Source: Selaginella moellendorffii
Taxonomy: Eukaryota; Plantae; Lycopodiophyta
Direction: 5' to 3'
Assembly (NCBI RefSeq): GCF_000143415.4
Contig: NW_003314270.1
Coordinates: forward strand, 1,977,048-2,041,047
Length of the DNA: 64,000 nucleotides
How positions within the stretch are numbered: position 1 is the first letter of the stretch; each line of letters opens with the position of its first letter. The translations under genes and the position numbers were made by a program. Of this stretch, positions 13,578 through 27,500 are shown piece after piece. The notes beneath the pieces were generated by a model. It saw only the letters and a program-made list of their open reading frames with translations. It made no database searches and was not told the DNA's origin.

Positions 13578-14216
13578 AGGTTTGCTTTGGTAGTGGTAGA
13601 GCTAAAAAATGAAGGGTCAGATGCCTATAAGTAAATCTATATGGCAAGATGATAGTAATTGAGTGGAGAATCACTGCTGGAAGCAACACTATTGTCTTGA
13701 AAAATCACCAAGGTTGGTTTTCTATCGTGCGAAGGATTTAATTCTTTTGTATTGTGTATTCCAGGTGAAAAACTTTCTTCAAACAAGCAAGATTTATGCG
13801 ATGTGATTGACCATCTCAGTGTAAGCTAAGATTGTATTTTTAAAATTTTCTACTTTCCTACTATCACCTTTTTTTTGTAGATTGACGTAGAAAACCCGTG
13901 TGTGATTATGTCTCAACATGAGTAGAGATTTTCTGAGTGCTGGTCAAGGTAACAATAGCTTTTGTTCCAAGCTGAAGGTGGTCTGATATATGCTTATGTT
14001 GTAGTTTTACTTCAAGGCAACACTTTTGGAGAAAGTCTCGAAATTGCTGGATATGAACATGAAGACTATTCAAGTATGTTGTGTTGTGATTGCCTTCAAG
14101 AGGACAGAAAATCTTTTGAAGTGCTCAAACGGGATTTGGTGAAGATAGAAGAGAAACTTCACCATACAAAACAAATGGATGAACTTGCTTGCGAAAGAGA
14201 TAAGCTTAGGCTATAG
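13578..14216 (+). pseudogene. SMC6: SMC6 (structural maintenance of chromosomes 6) pseudogene fragment with introns
   Basis: Exon-wise translation gives FALVVVELKNEGSDAYK, IVIEWRITAGSNTIVLKNHQ, GEKLSSNKQDLCDVIDHLS, IDVENPCVIMSQ and FYFKATLLEKV, matching plant SMC6 N-terminal head motifs. GT-AG introns, stops and frameshifts are present. Confidence 0.8.
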
Positions 14217-14936
14217 TTTATGAGATAGACAAGAAACTCAAAGACATCCAAGTGTTTGTAATAGAACTCAAGCAACTTATACTTCTAGCTGAAGAGGACA
14301 AGTGAGCAGTTTAGTCTTTTATTTGTTGGATGTTTGAGGTTTTTGCATTGTAGCAATTACTTGCACAGACATTATTTTCAATGTAATAATGATAATCAAA
14401 ATGGTGTTTGCTAAGTGGGGCAGCATATACTGGGCAATGACTAGTCTATTTCTAAGGATAAACTGAAATCTTTAACTTAATGTTTACAATTTATCATTAC
14501 AACTTAGACAAAATATATGCAGGGATAGAAACTAAATTCTAGGAAGATTGTATTGAAGGATTGTCTTTAAGAGACATGAAATTTTTCCAAAAGCAAGTTA
14601 GGTGTCTCACTTCCATCTATGTTCCAGGCATTGCCCAAGTGGCAAGTTCCCACACAGAATTACACCGTCTGTCTTCACATCCCAGGATTATCCCATGATT
14701 CTCAAGAATGCCGTCAAAATTGCCAAGGTCATTGCAAAGAGGGAAAATCTCCTGGCTGATCGTGTGAAATGGCTAGAAACTTTTTGATAAGGCACCATTC
14801 TAACCCAGATCCTCCATTTCATGCTTTTCGATGGGCACCCATACATACATATTTCAGCAGGTAAATCTGATAGGGCTACATTTGAGGCACAAAGTCAAAA
14901 GCAAAAATTCATTTAGTTTGGAAACACAAGACAGCT

Positions 14937-15906
<970 letters not shown>

Positions 15907-15916
15907 TGCCAGAGAG

Positions 15917-15925
15917 CTAGGGTTT
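15917..15925 (-). promoter_or_regulatory. Telo-box (AAACCCTAG) just upstream of the RPS3 start codon
   Basis: CTAGGGTTT on the + strand, 11 nt upstream of the ATG. Telo-boxes are typical of plant ribosomal protein genes. Confidence 0.7.
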
Positions 15926-16091
15926 CATGCCATGCCGTCAGATCTAGGGCTCTTACGAAGTCAGGATCAACGGTTGCGATAACGGATTAAAGACTATTAG
16001 CTTGAACTAAATCAGCTTAGCTAATCTACAACAAATTTTGAAAAGATTATTTACATCCAAAACTCCTCATGCTTAGCAACTACCAAAGAAT

Positions 16092-18568
<2,477 letters not shown>

Positions 18569-18596
18569 CAAGGAAGGCGCTGCCCACAAACCAGAA

Positions 18597-18621
18597 AACC
18601 CTAAATCGGGAATTTAGGGTT
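18597..18621. promoter_or_regulatory. Inverted pair of telo-box-like motifs upstream of CDKC
   Basis: AACCCTAAAT-CGGGA-ATTTAGGGTT, a perfect 10-bp inverted repeat. Confidence 0.55.
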
Positions 18622-18649
18622 CTTGGGTACAATATGATCCTCCTTTTTA

Positions 18650-19463
18650 TTAAAGGCTAGAAGACGAAGACGACGATGGACAAAAGGTGATAGTATAGTC
18701 CGACCCCGCGCTACAATTCCACGCCGACTTCCACGAATCAAAAGGATAGGTGGCGGCGGCCGGGCAGCACGACTTAAACAGCACCGAGAAGACACTCGGG
18801 TGGCACTTGTCCGCTCCAAAATGCTCCTTCTCGCAGCAAAACTCGTCCGCGCCGAAAGCCACGCACGGGCTGCTGCATCCCACCGCCATGCCTCTCGGGT
18901 TCCACGCGATCAGCTCCGGCGGGCACTTGGAGTTTAGATCCGCGGAGCACCCCGCCACGCCGCAGCCGAGGTTGCTGCTCGTCACCCGGACCTCGAGGTT
19001 GTAGCCGGCCAGCAGCGAGACGCGGTAGTGGTCGAGGACGTTGTTGTGGTGGAGATCAAACTCGACGATGGTCGCTGGCGGCGAGAAAGTTGAGTTGCAG
19101 CCGAGGTTGCCCGAGCAGTCGCCCGTCTCGCAGCACCCGGTGCCGAGGACGGTGTCAAACTGGCAGTTTGTTCGGCCCCAGAACTTGCCAGACCACCGAG
19201 TCGAGGCGTGCACGTCCATGACTTGCCAGGAGTCGAGTCGGCAGCCTCCGGCTCCCAGCTGCGGATGCCCGTCGCTCGGCAGCCACGCCGGCCAGATCGT
19301 AAACGGGCAAGTGTTGTAGAGTCGGATCTTGGTGGCTTGAGCACCTGGAAACTTAAAGAGTTAGATCGATCTAGAAATGGTAGAAGAACAAGCTACCGTT
19401 CATCCAGGACGAGCTCGATAGCAGTAGCAGCAGATAGAATCCACCGAGAACTTCCATGATCAT
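18650..19463 (-). CDS. Thaumatin-like protein (PR-5 family), 2 exons
   Basis: Signal-peptide exon MIMEVLGGFYLLLLL, short intron, then KIRLYNTCPFTIWPAW...WSGKFWGRTNC...CETGDC...YTITFCP. Confidence 0.92.
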
Positions 19464-19764
19464 GCCTTGCGTAGAACCGAGCCCAAGAGGGAAACCACCG
19501 TCCGGATCTTGAGAAGCAAGCCAGGCAGTACCGCTTGCATGATCGTAGCTTGAGACAGCAGCAAAGAAACGATGCTCCTTACACTGCAAAAGCGAAAATT
19601 CGCTTCGTCTTTCACATGCTCCCGAGTGCTCTCTACGTAAGCTCGCGTTTTCACATGAACCTGAAACGGGTAAAATCGTTAAAGCACAAGAGTTTTACCC
19701 GGGAGAGCAGCACGCGTTTATAAACGAAGGCAGCAGCCACTGTGTTCCCTCACTGAACACAACA

Positions 19765-20695
19765 ATGTCACCGCTGGCCAATCGCAACGTAATACTCCCG
19801 GCACTCGTCCTCGTCGTGCTCACAATCTCTGGTATAGGATTGCAGCAGAGTATGATATACCCGGAGAACAAGTTCTCTCCATTTTCTCTTTTCGCTTCCC
19901 TTGGCTTCCCCTGTGATAACTCGCACCGTTGTCTCTCCGAGACTAACTCGTGATAGCTTTGCAGGAACTGATGCAGCCGGGCGGTACCACATACGTCTCG
20001 TCAACAACTGTGGCTTTTCGGTCTGGCCTGCGTGGTTCCACTCGGGGAACCAAAGCCAGATATGTCCCGGAGGCACTTTGCTCGAGCCAACGCAGGAGTA
20101 TAGCTTCTTCCCGTCGGCTCTCTGGTCCGGCTACTTCTGGGCCCGAACTGGCTGCTCCTTCAACAGAACCACAGGGCACGGACCCTGCGACACCGGCGGC
20201 TGCAACGGGAGCCTGGGCTGCAAAGCTCCCGGAAAGTCACCCTTCACCACCGCCGAGTTCTTGCCAAACCGCAACAACGGTACCATGAAGTACCATATCT
20301 CGTTCCTCCACGGCTTCAACGTCCCGATAGAAATCTCCGAGCCCCACGGCTACAACTGCACTCACTTGAGCTGCCCCTGTTTCGAGACCATGGAGTCGTG
20401 CCCGAGCGAACTGGTTGTCATGTCGGGTGATAAGAAGGTCGGCTGCCAAAGTCCCTGTGAGAAGTTTGGAGATGAAAGGCACTGCTGCCGAGGGAACTTC
20501 ACAGGCCCGGCCTGCCAGGCCACCGAGTACTCGAAATACTTCAAACAGTCGTGCAAGGACGCCACAACTTATCCGGCTGATCGAGATAGTGTTCAAGTTT
20601 GCGCCATGGCTGCCACTTACGTCGTTACTTTTTGTCCAGAGGACACAGTTCCTGTTCCCTCTGCTCGCCGCACCATTCGTCGTGCTATCATATAG
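19765..20695 (+). CDS. Thaumatin-like protein (PR-5 family), 2 exons
   Basis: Signal-peptide exon MSPLANRNVILPALVLVVLTIS, intron ~19832-19963, then IRLVNNCGFSVWPAW...WSGYFWARTGC...CDTGGC...YVVTFCP. Confidence 0.92.
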
Positions 20696-20933
20696 ATAGA
20701 CAGCCGACTGACTGTATTTACAACTTTGCGGAAATAAACGCAGCTCCATATTTTTATACAAATTTCAAGAGAAGCTGCAAAACAGCATCGATAAAGGGAA
20801 AATTTTCGCCAAAGCAAAGTGTGATAATCAGTATAAAATAAAAGAAATCTGGAAGAGAATACAGTAGTAAACGCGAAATGGAAAAACCAAGCACCACTTC
20901 CTTAAAAGGCATACCTTCAGTGCAGTCACAGAG

Positions 20934-22338
20934 TCAATGGTTATCATAATGGGGAGGTTCGGGAGCAATATCATCTGCACACACAAAGTGTGACGATCGT
21001 TGAAAATAAACTTCAAGAAAAACACGTACTCATCCTGTATTTGTCCGGTGGAGGAGGTGGTGGTGGTATATCTCCGTTCGAGCGATTCCATCTGCTATGG
21101 TTGGAATAGTCTCCATCATACGGAGGATCAAACATCCTGATATCTTCACTTCTAGCCAGCTCCGAAGCTTCTTTGTCCAGCCTCGATTCCGCCCTGCATT
21201 GATGTAAGTGAAAGATTCGAACATATTTGATGCGAGTACCCACATTTTGAGCTCCTCGCGAAGACGGAAGACACGTACAATTGACTTTCGGAGCCTTTCA
21301 AAGCTGTGACAATTAGTTACAACTGTCAGTTTCATAAAAGTGGAAGACGAAGCTGTACCTCTTCACTTGGAAGGTCAGGCTACCGATCTTTGACTCGGCT
21401 TCCGCATTCCTGGATGCCATCCGCGAGTTCTCTTGCATAGCGTTCTGCAAAGAAGACTTAACGACAATCACGAAACGAGAGTCAAAGCTTAAGAAACCAA
21501 AGGAAAAAATGAAATCCTCACCTCGAGCTGCGCCTTCTGCTTGTCGAGGGCGTCCAAGTCAGTCCCGACATCATGCAGCTGCAACAGTTCACACTATCTC
21601 AATTCCTGAGCTTAAAAAACAAAAGAGAGAACAGCGTAGATATCGTAAAACAAACGAAGCAAACTATCGACAACGAAGTGGTCGGAGAAAACGAGAAGGT
21701 GGACCAACCTGCTCGTTTAGAGAGTTGGATTGCACCTCTTTTCCATCGGACTGACCGTCCCCGAGCGCCCTCACCTCCGACAGCTCGCTCACACGATCGC
21801 CCTTGATCCTTTTTCCATCGCCATCTCTATCTCTATCATGGAAACTAGATTTAGCAAAATCCAGCCACGAAAGAAGGAAAAGAAGGAAAAAGCTCGTCTT
21901 ACAGGTTGGAGCCCGATCTCTTTTGTCCCGTAGATCTTGGAGACGATAAGGACCGACTGGTCCGCTGCCTAGTCGGCGACCTCGAGCGGCTACCTCCTGC
22001 CAAGAACACAAAAAAGCCAACAAAATCAAACAAAAGATCTCTCTCGAGATTTTTTTCACCTCGATCGTAAGAGCCCCTCCTGTCGTAGGCGCGCCTGTTG
22101 TAGAAGCGGTCCTCGCTTCTGCGGCTGTAATATCCCGATCGACCTGGAGGCCACAATGCACGGGGATGAGAGTCAAATCTCCTCCAAAATTTCCAGAGGG
22201 AAAAGGAATAGCTACAGTACCAGGCACCCGGCGGAGCTCTTCCTCCCCGTGGGCGAAGGAGCATGTCTGCCGATGGCAATTCCCTCTCTGGAAGAGATTG
22301 CACAGCTTCGTCTTGTACAGCTCCCGGTTATCTGGCAT
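20934..22338 (-). CDS. CCCH zinc-finger protein with RS-rich and coiled-coil regions, multi-exon
   Basis: MPDNRELYKTKLCNLFQRGNCHRQTCSFAHGEEELRR (C-x8-C-x4-C-x3-H), SR-rich exons and short GT-AG introns. The 3' end is inferred. Confidence 0.85.
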
Positions 22339-24510
22339 CGCGGCGCTCGACCAGGCCCAAGAATCGGGCAAGAAACTAGGGCGCGCGAGAGTCCTACAGG
22401 GAAGCGAGGAGCAGCGAGCCGAATAGCCTTCAGCGGCACCGTTCTTGGACACTCTTTTACAGAATACACCCTAACTGGCTAAAGAATTAGGTTAGGTTTA
22501 AAGTTTCTAATTAAAAGCTTTATTTAAATGTTATTACAGTTAGAATATTCTTCATATTAGCTGAGGTACCGATGTCCATGTCCGAGCAATCCCAGCCGCA
22601 GATGTTAGGGCATTTTTTGTAATTCATTTTCATTAGTGATTTTTTTTTTATATTCATAAATCTTGTGAATTTTTGAAAAACTTATTTATCTACATATTAC
22701 TTTATTCCATCATCTTTGACTTGTTGTTATTCTTGTTAATCCTCTTGACTAAATAAGATAACCATGTGTTGCATTGCAACAATGTTTGGTTTGATTTTTT
22801 AAAAATAATTTTTATTATAATATTGTGAGGGCCAAGTGTACGGTTACGATGCCGTATACTAATATTAGCGTAATGGGATTTTGGTAGCCATCGGATTGGT
22901 TTCAATCTGAACCACTCGCTCCTGTATATAAGCTAGGGTTTCTGGGCTAATTAATATGCACATTTCTGTATTCCTTTTCCATATTCCAAACACTCACATT
23001 GGTGGAGTTGAGGGGCATCTTTGATTGTCCCTGAGGAGTGCTTGGATTTGGGATTTTGGTTTAGATCTAACTTTTGCATCGTCTAGATCTAGTTTTTTCC
23101 ATTTCCTTTCTTTTGTTCTTTCTTTTCAGGGTTTTGGTTTATATCTAGCTTTTTGCATTGTCTAGATCTACCATTTCCTTCTAGCTTTTTGTCATTTCTC
23201 TTCTTTTGCTCTTTCTTTTTCGTTCATCTTCATAGTGGATCAGCAATTTCCTCCTTTGACTCTAGAGCAGCAGTTGGTACAATTGCTTGATGCTATGCGC
23301 TTGCAATTGAACAACCAAACTCAATTGATGGCAGCGTTCATGGCACGTGGTACAACTCCTCCTGCTCTTGGTGCCAATCCTCATGTTCGGCCGGAGTTCT
23401 TTCGCGGGAATCCTGGGGATGATATGTACCATTAGTTTGATCACTTCACGGTGATTGCCACATATCATTCTTGGGATGATGCTTGACAGTTGCGTGAGTT
23501 TCCCACGTGTCTCCAAGGGACGGCGTCGCAGTGGTACAATGGTTTGAGCGCAGCCACTCGTGGGGATTGGAGTGTTCTCCCGGATGTCTTCAAACGCGCC
23601 TTCGGACATGCCGATGATTGTGATGATGCTTTCCAACAATTGCATCGTCTTCGCCAAGGGCCATCTGAGTCGGTGATGCAATTTGGCGTTCGTTTCCGAA
23701 GTCTTTTGCTTCGTGCAGAGCCAAATATGTCAGAGCGGATCAAGCTAGGAATGTTGTGGCCAGCACTTCGTCAAGATCTTGTCGGACTTGTGCATGCACT
23801 TGCTCCTACCACCCTTGACGATGCTCTTCGCTTGGCACAACGTTATGAGACGTCGCCTCTTCCACTTCTCGCTGCATGTCCTTCCACTCTACTTCCTATG
23901 GGTGATGGTCCTATTCCAATGGAGGTTGATGCTGCTGCTGCTCGAGTCCAAGGACAAGCGCGAGGACATGGTCATGGCTGTGATGTTTGCTGCTAAGCGT
24001 GTGATGAAGTTGGTCATACTTATCGGCGTTGCCATTGGTTTCTGGATTGGTAACCTCCATTTCCTGGGTGGAGACTTTGGCGTCAGCAATGTCCCGTGGG
24101 TGCTACTGTAGTGGATGGTCTGGACACCGAGATGCATCCGGGAAACGAGGAGTCGCGCGAGTAATGGAGGGACCTTGTGCGAATAAATCAGTGACCCCTT
24201 CATCTTTCTTTCGGGAGTATCATCAAGGGGTTCACTTGGCTCCAGTTCATTCAATGTTTACTTTCCAAGCTTGTTTTTATAACAAGAGGTCTTCTATTAT
24301 TCTCTCCGTGTTGGTTGATACAGGTTCAAGTTTATCTTCTATTGCTCGACCTATTACCACACGTTGTTGTCTACACTTGCGTCGTGCGGCAAAACCGGTT
24401 TTCATTCTTTATGACAACGGCCGTACACATGCATGTGCATAGGATGAGGTGGACCTGGTTGTGTGTGTGGGCAATCTCGAACTTGAGTTGCAGTCGTTGC
24501 GGGTGGTGCC

Positions 24511-27500
24511 TGTCAGGAATCCCCCAATTCTTGCCACATTCCTGACTCTCACCGGATTCCTGACCTGCAGACCACATTCCTGATTCTCGAGACACTTCCC
24601 TATTCCTGACTCTCGAGACACTTCCCTATTCCTGACTCTCAAGACACTTCCCGATTCCTCAGTCTCGAGCCACATTCCTGATATTGATGTGGCGCCTCCT
24701 CGACCTCAACTATATTTAGGCCGTCCTCGATCCAAGAGTGGTGGAGCTTCATCAACCTATAGTATATATAGGTTAGCCTTGCTCCATTTCTCCACAATCT
24801 GAATCAACGCTAGTCTAAGGTCTTTTCTTTGTTTTCACTAGCTTTTTCTCTTTGTCTTTAGCATTTTCCAGCCTTGATCTTGTTGGGGATCTTGACAGTT
24901 TGATTCAGATTGTGGTTTTTGCTTTTCTTTTAGCTCGTTTTGATTATTTGATTGCCTTTGTCTTTTTCCCCCTTTCTTTTCTTTCTTCTTGCTAATGGAG
25001 TCTCCAAGCCATCCTGATTTCTTTGCTGAAGTCCTTGCAAAAATCCAGTCTGAGAATACTGAGCTGAAGGCGACCCTTCGCATGCAGCAAGAGCTTGCTT
25101 CACTTTCGGCTCGAGGATCCAGCAAAGTTCCTGAACCGAAGGTGAGTTTCCCGGCAAAATTTTCAGGCAAGCATTCGGAGCTTCGTGGATTTTTGAACCA
25201 AATGGAGCTGATCTTTGCACTTCAACATCGGCAGTACCCCACTCCCGAGTCTCAAATCGGCGCGATTGGGACGTTGCTCGAGGGTGCAGCTTTGTCATGG
25301 TTTTCTCCTCTTCTGGAGAAGAGCATGAAAGGGGTCGTGGTTCCGGAGCTAATGGATCTTCAATTGTTCAAAGAGAAGCTCGAAGCATGTTTTGGCGAGA
25401 CGGATTGGGTTCGGGCTGCTACCACAAAGATGAGACGTCTCTCTCAGGGGTCTCGTCCTGCCTCGATCTACGCTGCAGAGTTCCAACTCCTTGCCTTGGA
25501 CACTCAGTGGGATGAGCAGGCCCTGATTGACCAATTTCGTTTCAGCCTCAACAACGGTGTCAAGGATTTGTTGCTCACAAGGACCTGTCAGACGCCATCA
25601 ACAAAGCTGTTCGATGTGACAATCGTCTCTTTGAACGTTGTCAGGAAAGTCGCCGCGCCGCTGTTTTTCCGTCCCAGACTCAGGAATCCCAGCTTGAGTC
25701 TTCGGGGCATAGTCCTGAACTTACTGTTCCGGTCCCGATGGATATTTCTGGTACTCCCCGACTCATTAGAGGGAAGTTGAGTCCTACTGAGAAGCAGCAT
25801 CAAATATCTCATAATCTTTGCCTCTACTGTATTGATCCTAATCACAAAGCAGCTGTGTGTCCCAAGAAGCCTCCCCGATTGCTCGAGTTCACTCTGCTTC
25901 AACGTCCACCTCTGTTGCAGTTGGGAAATGACCCTGTCCAAACAGAGTAGGAGCTGTCTGTTTGGACTCCTTGAATAAAATCACTTTTCTTCCTTATCAA
26001 GCTCCTCACCACCTTTTATCAAAGCCACCACCAATTCCCGCAACTTCCGCGTCCCATGTCTCCTTTCTTTCACCGGACAATCAGGACTCATGGCTTTGGT
26101 GCTACTGGACTTGGGTGCAACTTCCTGCTTCATGGACACGGACTTTGCTGCCCGACATCACGTTCCTCTTTCTCCTACCATACGGGATCTGAGGGTTGAA
26201 GGCATCGGCGGGCATTTTGTGTCTCCATCTTCTGGACTTAGGGAAACGTTGCCCGTTCGAGTACACATTGGGTCCACCGTCACCGATATCGCCTTCAGCA
26301 TCATCAACAGCAAATCCTCCTCTGTGGTGCTTGGTCTTCTTTGGTTTCAACTACATCAGCCTCAGATTTGTTGGAAGGACTTACAGCTCATCTCTCCCAC
26401 ATCACCATCTCACACGGCTTCCCCTGCTGTTCATCGAGTCCGAATCAGGAAAAGTTCCCTAAACTCAAATCGGGGTTCTGTTCCTGACTCTACGAAGTTT
26501 TTACCCTCTTCTTTTTCCTCTCTTCCATCTTACACTGGACAGTATCCTTGTCTCATCATTCCATTTAGTCGTACACGTCCTCCTATCTCCACAATCACTA
26601 TGCAAGAACTCCTTCATGAAGAACCTATTTTCCTTTTTGCTTTGCATGTTTTTCCTGTCAGTCTTCCTGAGAAGTATCATGATTTTGGGGATGTGTTTGA
26701 CAAGAAAAAAGCTAGTGTTCTGCCTGCTCATCAGCCTTATGACTGTCCCATTGATTTACAGGAAGGAGCGTCGCCTCCGTGGGGGCCTATCTATAGGTTA
26801 TCCCCGTCCGAGCTTAAGGCCCTCAAAGAGTACGTGGATGAGAACCTTGCCTCAGGGTTCATTCAGCATTCGCAGTCCCCGGCTGGAGCGCCTATCTTCT
26901 TTGTCAAGAAGAAGGATGGGAGTTTGCGGCTAGTCATCAATTATCGAGGTTTGAACAAGGTGACTGTTTGGAACCGTTATCCGCTGCCCCTGATCTCGGA
27001 CCTGTTGGAATGCCTCGGCGGTGCCCGCTTCTTCACTAAGATTGACCTCCGTGGCGCATACAACCTGATCCGGATCCGGCCTGGTGATGAATGGAAGACT
27101 GCGTTCCGAACCCACTATGGCCACTTCGAGTACACTGTCATGCCATTTGGCTTGACAAATGCTCCAGCAGTTTTCCAACACATGGCGAACGACGTCTTTC
27201 GGGAGTTTCTTGATCAGATGGTGATCGTTTACCTCGATGACATCCTCATCTACTCAAGAACTCAGGAGGAGCACGACGAACATGTACGCAAGGTGCTGGC
27301 AAAGCTGCGAGAACACGGCCTATACGCAAAGCTTGAGAAATGTTCCTTCGATCAGGAGTCTGTGGAGTTCCTTGGGTACATTGTCACTCCTGAGGGTATC
27401 ACGATGGATCCTGCCAAAGTCAAGACTATTCTCGAGTGGGAGCCTCCACAATCAATGTTGGACGTTCAGGTTTTCCTTGGCTTCGCCAACTTCTACCGCA

